DNA from: Veleropilina oligotropha
Taxonomy: Eukaryota
Direction: 5' to 3'
DNA length: 64,000 nucleotides
Assembly (NCBI GenBank): GCA_048128005.1
Contig: JBEUKZ010000047.1
Location: 496,001-560,000, forward strand
Shown: positions 9,558 to 22,638 of the stretch, piece after piece
Layout: every line of letters starts with the position of its first letter
Numbering within the stretch: position 1 is the first letter of the stretch
Program-made: the position numbers and the translations under genes
The notes under the pieces: generated by a model
What the model saw: the letters and a program-made list of their open reading frames with translations, nothing else
Told to the model about the DNA's origin: nothing
The model's database searches: none

Positions 9558-10479
9558 AGTAGGCATTGAGTTCAGTCTGACCCCAAACGACGTACACGGC
9601 CTCCCACCGAACCTGGCGTTCCTGTATGAGTTCACCAACAAAATGATGAAGAAGGATAAGAACACAGTGTGAGTTCTCTGATGTTTATGGCTACACAGTG
9701 TGAATTCTTGGATGTTATGTTTACAAATATATAATTATTTGGGTATTGATTGCATTGAACTTGTGATTGTATTCATTCAGGATCTTCCATTTTTTTCTCC
9801 ATTTTGTTTGATTGGCGTCATCGACTGAGCAGTTACCACTCCAGGCATCCTACTTGTGCAAAAGAAAATCAAAATCAATTTAGCATAAACCACAATTACA
9901 GTAAAATGTCAGACTACATATTCACATTCTAATGATCTGACTAATCATATCTCATCCATTTTTTATAAGTTGAATATTTTATAGGATGAATTACTATGCT
10001 ACTTAGGATTTGTCTTTGATAAGTATGGATTTGTCTTTGATAAGTATGCAAAGAGCGATGGCAGTCCTTAGCAGTGATCCATATGTACGAGAATAGTATT
10101 GGTGAATCTAGTACATTAATTGTATGCGTGGCGAAGTCTGCCTATATGTTTTCGCACAACTCAAAAAGTCTTATATTGTGTACAGATGTGCCATGGGACG
10201 AAGGAGAAGCCTATTTATTTTAACTTCAGGCACTTTGGTTGAATAGGTAAAGAATTTAACCATTGTATAATGCTTCATTATGTTACTCATGTTAGTTATG
10301 TGCTTACCGTGTTTTCTCTGGCAGCGTGAACTACCTGGACAAGCACCAGTCGGCCCTCTGTGAGGGATGGCAGCTGCTGCAGGGGTATAGAAACCGCCTG
10401 GTGCAGGTGAAGCACAAGACCCGCCCGATCATACGAAGGAAGGCGGCGCAAAGGCGGTGCGTTAAGCGCAAGGTGGACA
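9558..10479 (+). pseudogene. STAG1/2: STAG/SA fragment, copy 2 (exons 9558-9668, 10325-10479)
   Basis: Copy of 1249-2170. Confidence 0.8.
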
Positions 10480-10949
10480 GTAAGTACAGCATGCGCAAGG
10501 TAGATAGTAAGTGGTCGGGGGGGGTACGGCATGTTCAAGTTGGATAGTAAGTGGTCGAATAGATACGGCAAGGTTCACAGGGTTACCATAGCTTTTAACA
10601 TGGTCCACAGGGTAGCCATAGCTGTTAACATGGTCCACAGGGTAGCCATAGCTGTTAACATGGTCCACAGGGTTACCATACCTTTTAACATGGTCCACAG
10701 GGTAGCCATAGCTGTGTGATCGACAAGGTGACCATAGGTGTTTATACGGTCAATAAATCCAAATGCATTCCATTCCTCTAGTTCTTGGGTTTTGGACCGC
10801 ATATATAATGTAATTATCATTTTTATCCCCCGCTCGAAGGGTAGCGGGGGATATTGTTGTTGCCATGTCCGACCGTACGTCCATAAACAATTTGGTTAAA
10901 GTTTCGAATTGAGGGTGTGTAGCTTGCCCATGATACTTTTTGGCATATA

Positions 10950-12183
10950 TCGGGTGGCCAATAAAAAACTTCCCGAACTTTAAAGGTTAATAACTTTGCA
11001 ATGAACCACTATATTGTTATGAAACTTCACACAAGTAAAAAATGTAATGTTGTTAATATATTCTGAAAGATTCAAGTCTCTATATCATATACTTTTTCTG
11101 TAGTCGGATAAATATAAACAAACGTCAAAAACGGCAAGGGCTACGTCCAAAAAGCTGCATAGTTATCTTATATTTACTGAAAGAAGTGATCAATATGGCC
11201 TCTATCTGCTTCAAAAACTCCTCTGAGTTTTTTTTCCACCTTGATATCGTACTTCTAACCTCTCGAAGACATATTTTGTCCCAGCATTTCTTCAGCCTCT
11301 TTTTTAGTTCACATTCATTAAACACATATGTACGCCCTTCGTACACTTTCTCTGACAGATTATTCCAAATGGAATAGTCCATTGCGTTGAGGCCTGGACT
11401 CATCCACTGACTGATCCAAGAAGGCTTGCGTAGACCTACTTGTGTGCGAAGTTGCCCCATCCTGTTGGAAAACAAAACTTCCATCAGGATAGAGCCGACG
11501 GCAATCAGGCAAGAGTCCCTTTTCCAATAGTTTTTGATGTCTTTCACTTTTTTGGTATCAATAGTGAAGCATCGTTTTTCCATTCCACGATACCCCTGCA
11601 GAAACCATATTTTCTTGGTAAACCTTGATGTTTCATGGTACAGTCTTGTGGTGGATATATCCCATTTCATTCTTCCGTACACCCTAGCGTTTTGGCGGTT
11701 ACGCGCCACCTCATACGTGAAGTCTTTCTCGTCCGTAAAGACAAGTCTTTTTGCATCCTGTTTGGAATACCTGCTGTATAACTTTTTGGGGTCTTCCTTT
11801 TTTGTTTGACTGTTTTATCCCGCCGTGAAACTTTTACGCGTTTGGAAGATTTTAATTCCAATTTGTTAGTAATGTTCTGAACTGATGAGCGTGAAATTTC
11901 CAGATCTTTGGCAATTTTCTGCTGAGACTTATGAGTCCCTGGCTTGTCCTCTTGCGACACAATTGCTTCTTCCACGTAAACCTTATTTGTTTCAGTATTT
12001 GCGGTTCTTGGCCTTCCACTACCTTGTTTTCTACTGGTTGAACCTGAAGTCCTTATTCTCTCAATAAGGAGGTTGACTGTTCGCACATTCCACTTTGTAT
12101 CAGGGAATTCCCTTATAATCCTTGCACCACACCAGCCCTTTTCCTTGAAACATGCCTCAATAACTGCTTTATCACTCTGATTA
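10950..12183 (-). mobile_element. Tc1/mariner transposon remnant, copy 2
   Basis: Copy of 2641-3874. Confidence 0.9.
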
Positions 12184-13982
12184 ATTGAATTGAATTGATG
12201 TTTAACGACCACGCCGACACTATAATGGTCATAATCGGGTCGGTCAAGTTAATTATATAATAGTTTAATATAAAAAGATAAAAGTTGTGATACATATTTA
12301 ATAATAAAATGAAACAGGTGTGAAAAATAATAAAACGAATCAATATATTTACAAGTAAAATAGGCAATGCAAATTTGGATAAAAGCAAATCAATAAAAGG
12401 AAAATTAACATGGTATATTTACAGGTTAAAACGATATATATGCAAAGCAATAAAATTAAAATAAAAACAAGTATAATAATAAAAACAAGATATCATATTT
12501 GTGAAATAAAATATAAATTATAACTTGTAAAAAATATTTACTTGTTTTAAAAACTCAAATATGTTTTCGAGCTTAGTGAATTTAAATAACTCTTGGAGTG
12601 AGTTTACCCTAAAGTGCTTTTGGCGTGCGAGATCCAAATCGACACAATCCAATAATATATGTTTAATTGTTAGGGCAGTTGCACAAGGAATACACTCAGG
12701 TGGAGGCTCCCCTTTAAGCAAGTAGGAGTGAGTGTAGTATGAATGCCCAATTCTCAGTCTGGCCAAGACGACCTCCTCTCGCCGAGATGGCCTGCAAGAG
12801 GGTCCCCAGTCACCAAGAAGAGGTTGGACAATCTGCAGTTTATTCCTTGTGCATTCACTCCAAGAGTGCTGCCAAGTAGAATTTATATATTTGTTTATGC
12901 TTTGTTTAAAATCAGTGTGGGGCAATTTGCAGTTTAGTGTGTGGTTAAAATGCGAGGCTGCCTTGGCAGCTTGGTCAGCCTTCTCATTACCCTGGATACC
13001 GATATGGCTCGGTATCCAGCATAAAATAATGTCATTATCCGGTAAAAGGTTATTATATTTAATTAAAATATCTATAATAATAGGGTTTCTATTCACCCCC
13101 CTCAATGCCTGTAATCTAGAGAGGGAGTCTGAATAGATAATAAAACGCTTGCTATTACTCATTGATATAAAATTGAGCGCAAGCTCGATTGCCTTCAATT
13201 CTGCAGTAAATATAGTCGCACTGCCTGACAGACGGTTTTGAAAACATTGTCTACCAGTAACAGCGGCTGCTCCTACTAATTCTGCATCTTTTGAACCATC
13301 TGTATATATGCTTGCACGATCTGAATATTTTAAATTGAGATCGTGCACTTTTAAGAGATAATCTGATGTGTCTGTGTTTGATTTTTTTAGTGAAGTAAGA
13401 TGTAGGTCAATTTCCGGTAATTTAAGTGTCCATGGTGGAGTATCCGGAATGTAATTTGTTCTAATTTGAGCTACATGTATGCCAGTGCTTTCTAGTGCAG
13501 GTTTTATGCGAATGCCGAATGGTGCAATTTTGTTTGGTTTTGCCAGAAATAAATTTTCGTAATTAGGTGTAAATACAGTTTCGAAAGCTGGGTTAGATGG
13601 GTGTGATTTTAATTTGATTGCATATTGCAGTGATAATTTTTCACGTCTGTGTGTAAGAGATGGTTCATTTGCTTCAACATAGAGGCTTTCCATGGGTGAT
13701 GTGCGGAAAGCCCCTAGTGCAAGTCGAAGCCCTTGGTTATGGATTGGATCAAGCATGTTAAGATATGAATGGCGAGCAGAGCCATATACTATGCTCCCAT
13801 AATCAAGTTTTGATCTAATTAATGATCTGTATAGTCGTAATAAAACTGTTTTATCAGCACCCCATTCAGTATTAGAAACTACTTTCATTATATTTAAAGC
13901 TTTTTTACATTTAGCTTTAATGTATTTTAAATGCGGTATGAAAGACAGTTTTCGGTCAAATACAAGGCCCAAAAATTTAAAT
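12184..13982 (-). mobile_element. 5'-truncated I/Nimb-like LINE, copy 2
   Basis: Copy of 3875-5673. Confidence 0.95.
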
Positions 13983-14070
13983 AATAAAAAAAAACGCACA
14001 CGAGATGATCAAAACGCATAGTCAACGGGCACATATGTGGTCAAGATTAGGACAACATCTTCAAAACCGA

Positions 14071-14204
14071 TATAAAATATGTATGTCTTGTAAATGTATA
14101 TTGTTTATCATTGTCTGTTTAAGTGTTCTGATTCAATCATTGTAAAGCGCAAAGTGCTAGAATCCTTTTCCTGATCTTGCGCTATATAAATCTCTCATTA
14201 TTAT
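14071..14204 (+). mobile_element. 134-bp 3' end of an L2/CR1-group LINE or partner SINE, present only in unit 2
   Basis: Ends TGTAAAGCGC...GCGCTATATAAAT..(ATT)n, the typical L2-type 3' stem-loop and tail; replaces AGAAAATATC of the other units (net +124 bp). Confidence 0.8.
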
Positions 14205-14325
14205 TAAAGGACAGGGAAAGCGGAAAGCGATCACAATTCATTGCAACACATTCAGGACCAACTTCTAACCATTCTTCTGTACTGGTACCTACTCCTGTCC
14301 ATCAAAGGCCACTAGATCTGATGAA

Positions 14326-14709
14326 GTGAATACCATGGCCACCTGCCAATTGCAACCAACAGCCGCCAAAATGTCAACGTACAAAATCCCGAAAAAACAA
14401 GTACCGGTGTCAAACCAACCGCCTGTCTTATGCTTCCAGCCAGGACAGTTGGTAAACATTATGAATCGCAATGGAACGTGTCTTGGAACTGGAATTTTCA
14501 TATCTAATAAAGATAATGTGTTCGCTGAAGTTGTTTTGAAGACAAAATTATCTCAAATGTTGTCTAGTGATCATGATTCAGATGAGTTGCCACAACCATG
14601 CGGTAGTATTTATCACTTCAACCAACTAGAAAATAAACAGTTGTTTACCTGGAAACTTGTTAATATGACCTTCTGGCCGTGGGAAAGCTGTCCCAATGAA
14701 GACTCCTGA
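14326..14709 (+). CDS. 127-aa hypothetical ORF, copy 2
   Basis: Copy of 5893-6276. Confidence 0.35.
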   Translation: MNTMATCQLQPTAAKMSTYKIPKKQVPVSNQPPVLCFQPGQLVNIMNRNGTCLGTGIFISNKDNVFAEVVLKTKLSQMLSSDHDSDELPQPCGSIYHFNQLENKQLFTWKLVNMTFWPWESCPNEDS

Positions 14710-14743
14710 TCAGCCACAGGAACACGCAGTCAAATGATCCTCT

Positions 14744-15172
14744 TTGAATAAAAAAGTACTGGTAACCACATGCACTGCACCATCTACAATTAAACCACCG
14801 GGCATGCCAGTACAAGTGTGCACCACTAGTACTGATCATGAATTCGAAATTGCATTGATGGAATGGGCGGAAGGCAAATTGTATCTTGGTGTATTAAGTA
14901 AAGATGGAGCAGTTGTTAAAAATTGTCCTAACTATATTGCAAAGATCACCAATGATGACGTAAAGATTTGTTCATCTATAAAATGGAACATGCTCTCTCT
15001 GAATGCCCAAGACATCCAGAGAAATCCTGATATGAAATATTGTGTGTGGAAATCAGCTGCATCTGGGCCATTGGCAAGTTATACAAAAGGAGCAAAGGAA
15101 ATTAGAATCAGTAATGTGGCAGCATTCCTCGCTGAGATGAAGGATCACTTGATAACATATGATGATCAATAG
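14744..15172 (+). CDS. 142-aa hypothetical ORF, copy 2
   Basis: Copy of 6311-6739. Confidence 0.3.
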   Translation: MNKKVLVTTCTAPSTIKPPGMPVQVCTTSTDHEFEIALMEWAEGKLYLGVLSKDGAVVKNCPNYIAKITNDDVKICSSIKWNMLSLNAQDIQRNPDMKYCVWKSAASGPLASYTKGAKEIRISNVAAFLAEMKDHLITYDDQ

Positions 15173-15191
15173 TGATTTATTTCCTCTGCAG

Positions 15192-15289
15192 GCCAAGAAG
15201 ATAGAGGAACTGGAGGCAGAGCTGGCCGCGTCCGAGAGGCAGCGACGGGCCACAGAGTCCGAGCTGCAGGATGAGATCGCCAACAGCAA
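15192..15289 (+). pseudogene. Myosin-tail-like exon, copy 2
   Basis: Copy of 6759-6856. Confidence 0.6.
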
Positions 15290-15541
15290 GTAAGTCAAGA
15301 AAAACAGCAAGTTAGTCTAGTACAAGGCTCTCGCTTGACTGCTCTGTCTAGCAGGAGTGAGTTTGAATTCTTGTTTTGGCGCTTTGTTCAGTAGACAGTC
15401 ATAGTCGATCATAACTGTCTGGTGACGGCGTATTTCCCAGGTTTTCTTCCCATGACGATATGGACTTGTCCAGGTATGAACTTGAAGATTGTTAAGAACG
15501 TGATATTTGTATCGAGCGTAACCAAATTCAACAGCTAGTAA

Positions 15542-16228
15542 CCAAACCTAATGGATGTCATGTAGAAACAGGCCAAACCTAATAGATGGATGTCACGTAG
15601 AAACAGGCCAAACCTAATAGATCGGATGTCATGTAGAAACAAGCCAAACCTAATAGATGGATGTCACGTAGAAACAGGCCAAACCTAATAGATGGATGTC
15701 ATGTAGAAACAGGCCAAACCTAATATATCGGATGTCACATAGATAGAAACAAACCAAACCTAATAGATCGGATGTCACGTAGAAGTTTACAGGCCAAACC
15801 TAATAGATAGATGTCATGTAGAAACAGGCCAAACCTAATAGATCGGATGTCACGTAGAAACAGGCCAAACCTAATAGATGGATGTTACGTAGAAACAGGC
15901 CAAACCTAATAGATCGGATGTCACGTAGAAACAGGCCAAACCTAATAGATGGATGTCATGTAGAAACAGGCCAAACCTAATAGATCGGATGTCACATAGA
16001 AACAAACCAAACCTAATAGATCGGATGTCACGTAGAAGTTTACAGGCCAAACCTAATAGATAGATGTCATGTAGAAACAGTCCAAACCTAATAGATGGGA
16101 TGTCACGTAGAAGTTTACAGGCCAAACCTAATAGATGGGATGTCACGTAGAAACAGGCCAAACCTAATAGATGGGATGTCACGTAGAAACCGACCAAACC
16201 TAATAGATGGATGTCACGTAGAAACAGG
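15542..16228. repeat. 35-bp minisatellite, copy 2
   Basis: Same unit and variant order as 7109-7795. Confidence 0.97.
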
Positions 16229-16425
16229 AGAGAAGTAGCATTCCAGGCATCCTACTTGTGCAAAAGAAAATCAAAATCAATTTAGCATAAACCACAATTA
16301 CAGTAAAATGTCAGACTACATATTCACATTCTAATGATCTGACTAATCATATCTCATCCATTTTTTATAAGTTTAATATTTTATAGGATGAATTACTATG
16401 CTACTTAGGATTTGTCTTTGATAAG

Positions 16426-16977
16426 ACCCCCGATACCACGGTAGAGGTGGCACCAGGGTTCTACAGCTTCGATTCCCTCGCCAAGACGATGAAGAGGTCC
16501 CTAGCTAACATGCGGCTCGAGGTAAGCCGTGCTACCGGACTCGCGCAACTCGTCCCAGAGGGGACTCGACTGGCGATAAGCGACGATATACGGAAGCTCC
16601 TCGGCTTCACCCTTTCAGGGTGGCTACTTATGACTTATGACAAGAACAAGCCTGTCGGGTCGCTGCAATGGCTACGCCCCGGGACTTATGACGGGAACAA
16701 GCCCGTCGGGTTTGCCATAGCAGCGACCCTACACGTTCATCTGGAGAAGCTCGGAACAACACACAATATGAAGGACGGCGCCCCGAGCAATATTCTCGCG
16801 GTGGTCCCTATAACGTCGCAGATGTTCGGTGAGGCTGCCCACTATCATAGCTATCCAGCCTTCCGGCGACTACAGGCGGGGCTACTCACATAATTGAAGG
16901 TGTATGTCACCGACTCAGATGGTAACCCGCTCGACAATCACGGTATGCCTATTTCCGCCATCCTTGAGATACAATGA
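16426..16977 (+). pseudogene. Truncated penton-like gene with premature stop
   Basis: Copy of 33050-33601 with TAA. Confidence 0.72.
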
Positions 16978-17333
16978 GCAGCATCTACGGGACCCCACTC
17001 CTGCTTGCAGATGAGCCTTCAGCGACCCAGTGGCACTTTGTTCTTAGTTGTGGGGAAGCGCCCAAGAAGGGGCTGGCGAGGAGGGAGTTTATGATCCCAA
17101 ACGCTGGAGGTCGGTTTGGGTTGAACCCAGCCCTTCTAATGATCCACATGACGCCGGTCCAGCCGGCCGGGGGCGCCCCCAAAGCGTGTTCCATAAATAG
17201 ACTTGGCCTGGATTCGGACAAGTTGACCCTCGCCTTTGCCATCAAGGCCCCCTGGGTGAACACCCTTTATTTGAACGTTACGGTAGACATTCGGAATCAA
17301 CAGGCTGAACAATACAGCCACGGGGGGGACTAG
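16974..17333 (+). CDS. 119-aa hypothetical protein (copy 3)
   Basis: Copy of 232-591. Confidence 0.55.
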   Translation: MSSIYGTPLLLADEPSATQWHFVLSCGEAPKKGLARREFMIPNAGGRFGLNPALLMIHMTPVQPAGGAPKACSINRLGLDSDKLTLAFAIKAPWVNTLYLNVTVDIRNQQAEQYSHGGD

Positions 17334-17990
17334 GGGGTTTTGAAATAATCTAGGGGGGGCCCGGGGAGACCGGGGAGGCTCCCAGCCCTATTTCCGAACT
17401 GAGGGGCTCGTAATATATACCCGCAGGGCATTTTAGTAGAATTCGGGGAGGGGGGCCCGGGGGGTCGCCGGGGAGGCTCCCAGCGCCATCCGAAACTAGG
17501 GTAGCTTAGAATAGTCTATTTGGGGGCATTTTATAAGAATGGGCCAGGGGCGCGTCTATCAATTGTATTGTTTAATTTTGCTTCCTGGTCTCGAAAGAAG
17601 GCGGCGCAAAGGCGGTGGGTGCGGTAAACGCAAGGTGGACAGTAAGTACAGCATGCGCAAGGTGGATAGTAAGTGGTCGGGGGGGGTACGGCATGTTCAA
17701 GTTGGATAGTAAGTGGTCGAATAGATACGGCAAGGTTCACAGGGTGGCCATAGCTTTTAACATGGTCAACAGGGTAGCCATAGCTGTGTGATCGACAAGG
17801 TGACCATAGGTGTTTAAAAATAACCTCTTAAAAAAATTTGCTGCAGTTTCGAGAGAAACAGCCATATATATCTATATTTGGAAAAGACAAACGGAACAGG
17901 CCCAATGCCAAATTTTATTTTGTTGAGAATTCCAAGTATTGCACCATAGTATTAATAAACTCAGCGTCACTCTTAACCTGTCCATTGCAG

Positions 17991-18912
17991 AGTAGGCATC
18001 GAGTTCAGTCTGACCCCAAACGACGTACACGGCCTCCCACCGAACCTGGCGTTCCTGTATGAGTTCACCAACAAAATGATGAAGAAGGATAAGAACACAG
18101 TGTGAGTTCTCTGATGTTTATGGCTACACAGTGTGAATTCTTGGATGTTATGTTTACAAATATATAATTATTTGGGTATTGATTGCATTGAACTTGTGAT
18201 TGTATTCATTCAGGATCTTCCATTTTTTTCTCCATTTTGTTTGATTGGCGTCATCGACTGAGCAGTTACCACTCCAGGCATCCTACTTGTGCAAAAGAAA
18301 ATCAAAATCAATTTAGCATAAACCACAATTACAGTAAAATGTCAGACTACATATTCACATTCTAATGATCTGACTAATCATATCTCATCCATTTTTTATA
18401 AGTTGAATATTTTATAGGATGAATTACTATGCTACTTAGGATTTGTCTTTGATAAGTATGGATTTGTCTTTGATAAGTATGCAAAGAGCGATGGCAGTCC
18501 TTAGCAGTGATCCATATGTACGAGAATAGTATTGGTGAATCTAGTACATTAATTGTATGCGTGGCGAAGTCTGCCTATATGTTTTCGCACAACTCAAAAA
18601 GTCTTATCTTGTGTACAGATGTGCCATGGGACGAAGGAGAAGCCTATTTATTTTAACTTCAGGCACTTTGGTTGAATAGGTAAAGAATTTAACCATTGTA
18701 TAATGCTTCATTATGTTACTCATGTTAGTTATGTGCTTACCGTGTTTTCTCTGGCAGCGTGAACTACCTGGACAAGCACCAGTCGGCCCTCTGTGAGGGA
18801 TGGCAGCTGCTGCAGGGGTATAGAAACCGCCTGGTGCAGGTGAAGCACAAGACCCGCCCGATCATACGAAGGAAGGCGGCGCAAAGGCGGTGCGTTAAGC
18901 GCAAGGTGGACA
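17991..18912 (+). pseudogene. STAG1/2: STAG/SA fragment, copy 3 (exons 17991-18101, 18758-18912)
   Basis: Copy of 1249-2170. Confidence 0.8.
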
Positions 18913-19388
18913 GTAAGTACAGCATGCGCAAGGTAGATAGTAAGTGGTCGGGGGGGGGGGGGGTACGGCATGTTCAAGTTGGATAGTAAGTGGTCGAATA
19001 GATACGGCAAGGTTCACAGGGTTACCATAGCTTTTAACATGGTCCACAGGGTAGCCATAGCTGTTAACATGGTCCACAGGGTAGCCATAGCTGTTAACAT
19101 GGTCCACAGGGTTACCATACCTTTTAACATGGTCCACAGGGTAGCCATAGCTGTGTGATCGACAAGGTGACCATAGGTGTTTATACGGTCAATAAATCCA
19201 AATGCATTCCATTCCTCTAGTTCTTGGGTTTTGGACCGCATATATAATGTAATTATCATTTTTATCCCCCGCCCGAAGGGTAGCGGGGGATATTGTTGTT
19301 GCCATGTCCGACCGTACGTCCATAAACAATTTGGTTAAAGTTTCGAATTGAGGGTGTGTAGCTTGCCCATGATACTTTTTGGCATATA

Positions 19389-20621
19389 TCGGGTGGCCAA
19401 TAAAAAACTTCCCGAACTTTAAAGGTTAATAACTTTGCAATGAACCACTATATTGTTATGAAACTTCACACAAGTAAAAAATGTAATGTTGTTAATATAT
19501 TCTGAAAGATTCAAGTCTCTATATCATATACTTTTTCTGTAGTCGGATAAATATAAACAAACGTCAAAAACGGCAAGGGCTACGTCCAAAAAGCTGCATA
19601 GTTATCTTATATTTACTGAAAGAAGTGATCAATATGGCCTCTATCTGCTTCAAAAACTCCTCTGAGTTTTTTTTCCACCTTGATATCGTACTTCTAACCT
19701 CTCGAAGACATATTTTGTCCCAGCATTTCTTCAGCCTCTTTTTTAGTTCACATTCATTAAACACATATGTACGCCCTTCGTACACTTTCTCTGACAGATT
19801 ATTCCAAATGGAATAGTCCATTGCGTTGAGGCCTGGACTCATCCACTGACTGATCCAAGAAGGCTTGCGTAGACCTACTTGTGTGCGAAGTTGCCCCATC
19901 CTGTTGGAAAACAAAACTTCCATCAGGATAGAGCCGACGGCAATCAGGCAAGAGTCCCTTTTCCAATAGTTTTTGATGTCTTTCACTTTTTTGGTATCAA
20001 TAGTGAAGCATCGTTTTTCCATTCCACGATACCCCTGCAGAAACCATATTTTCTTGGTAAACCTTGATGTTTCATGGTACAGTCTTGTGGTGGATATATC
20101 CCATTTCATTCTTCCGTACACCCTAGCGTTTTGGCGGTTACGCGCCACCTCATACGTGAAGTCTTTCTCGTCCGTAAAGACAAGTCTTTTTGCATCCTGT
20201 TTGGAATACCTGCTGTATAACTTTTTGGGGTCTTCCTTTTTGTTTGACTGTTTTATCCCGCCGTGAAACTTTTACGCGTTTGGAAGATTTTAATTCCAAT
20301 TTGTTAGTAATGTTCTGAACTGATGAGCGTGAAATTTCCAGATCTTTGGCAATTTTCTGCTGAGACTTATGAGTCCCTGGCTTGTCCTCTTGCGACACAA
20401 TTGCTTCTTCCACGTAAACCTTATTTGTTTCAGTATTTGCGGTTCTTGGCCTTCCACTACCTTGTTTTCTACTGGTTGAACCTGAAGTCCTTATTCTCTC
20501 AATAAGGAGGTTGACTGTTCGCACATTCCACTTTGTATCAGGGAATTCCCTTATAATCCTTGCACCACACCAGCCCTTTTCCTTGAAACATGCCTCAATA
20601 ACTGCTTTATCACTCTGATTA
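19389..20621 (-). mobile_element. Tc1/mariner transposon remnant, copy 3
   Basis: Copy of 2641-3874 with an extra 1-bp deletion in a T-run. Confidence 0.9.
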
Positions 20622-22419
20622 ATTGAATTGAATTGATGTTTAACGACCACGCCGACACTATAATGGTCATAATCGGGTCGGTCAAGTTAATTATATAATA
20701 GTTTAATATAAAAAGATAAAAGTTGTGATACATATTTAATAATAAAATGAAACAGGTGTGAAAAATAATAAAACGAATCAATATATTTACAAGTAAAATA
20801 GGCAATGCAAATTTGGATAAAAGCAAATCAATAAAAGGAAAATTAACATGGTATATTTACAGGTTAAAACGATATATATGCAAAGCAATAAAATTAAAAT
20901 AAAAACAAGTATAATAATAAAAACAAGATATCATATTTGTGAAATAAAATATAAATTATAACTTGTAAAAAATATTTACTTGTTTTAAAAATTCAAATAT
21001 GTTTTCGAGCTTAGTGAATTTAAATAACTCTTGGAGTGAGTTTACCCTAAAGTGCTTTTGGCGTGCGAGATCCAAATCGACACAATCCAATAATATATGT
21101 TTAATTGTTAGGGCAGTTGCACAAGGAATACACTCAGGTGGAGGCTCCCCTTTAAGCAAGTAGGAGTGAGTGTAGTATGAATGCCCAATTCTCAGTCTGG
21201 CCAAGACGACCTCCTCTCGCCGAGATGGCCTGCAAGAGGGTCCCCAGTCACCAAGAAGAGGTTGGACAATCTGCAGTTTATTCCTTGTGCATTCACTCCA
21301 AGAGTGCTGCCAAGTAGAATTTATATATTTGTTTATGCTTTGTTTAAAATCAGTGTGGGGCAATTTGCAGTTTAGTGTGTGGTTAAAATGCGAGGCTGCC
21401 TTGGCAGCTTGGTCAGCCTTCTCATTACCCTGGATACCGATATGGCTCGGTATCCAGCATAAAATAATGTCATTATCCGGTAAAAGGTTATTATATTTAA
21501 TTAAAATATCTATAATAATAGGGTTTCTATTCACCCCCCTCAATGCCTGTAATCTAGAGAGGGAGTCTGAATAGATAATAAAACGCTTGCTATTACTCAT
21601 TGATATAAAATTGAGCGCAAGCTCGATTGCCTTCAATTCTGCAGTAAATATAGTGCACTGCCTGACAGACGGTTTTGAAAACATTGTCTACCAGTAACAG
21701 CGGCTGCTCCTACTAATTCTGCATCTTTTGAACCATCTGTATATATGCTTGCACGATCTGAATATTTTAAATTGAGATCGTGCACTTTTAAGAGATAATC
21801 TGATGTGTCTGTGTTTGATTTTTTTAGTGAAGTAAGATGTAGGTCAATTTCCGGTAATTTAAGTGTCCATGGTGGAGTATCCGGAATGTAATTTGTTCTA
21901 ATTTGAGCTACATGTATGCCAGTGCTTTCTAGTGCAGGTTTTATGCGAATGCCGAATGGTGCAATTTTGTTTGGTTTTGCCAGAAATAAATTTTCGTAAT
22001 TAGGTGTAAATACAGTTTCGAAAGCTGGGTTAGATGGGTGTGATTTTAATTTGATTGCATATTGCAGTGATAATTTTTCACGTCTGTGTGTAAGAGATGG
22101 TTCATTTGCTTCAACATAGAGGCTTTCCATGGGTGATGTGCGGAAAGCCCCTAGTGCAAGTCGAAGCCCTTGGTTATGGATTGGATCAAGCATGTTAAGA
22201 TATGAATGGCGAGCAGAGCCATATACTATGCTCCCATAATCAAGTTTTGATCTAATTAATGATCTGTATAGTCGTAATAAAACTGTTTTATCAGCACCCC
22301 ATTCAGTATTAGAAACTACTTTCATTATATTTAAAGCTTTTTTACATTTAGCTTTAATGTATTTTAAATGCGGTATGAAAGACAGTTTTCGGTCAAATAC
22401 AAGGCCCAAAAATTTAAAT
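20622..22419 (-). mobile_element. 5'-truncated I/Nimb-like LINE, copy 3 (frameshift near 21654)
   Basis: TAGTGCACTG here versus TAGTCGCACTG elsewhere splits the 493-aa ORF. Confidence 0.95.
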
Positions 22420-22638
22420 AATAAAAAAAAACGCACACGAGATGATCAAAACGCATAGTCAACGGGCACATATGTGGTCAAGATTAGGACAACATCTTCA
22501 AAACCGAAGAAAATATCTAAAGGACAGGGAAAGCGGAAAGCGATCACAATTCATTGCAACACATTCAGGACCAACTTCTAACCATTCTTCTGTACTGGTA
22601 CCTACTCCTGTCCATCAAAGGCCACTAGATCTGATGAA

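Noticed and set aside
7809..10023. LTR element bounded by 184-bp direct repeats
   Set aside because: No TG..CA ends, PBS, PPT or gag/pol; the repeat is a piece of the STAG intron
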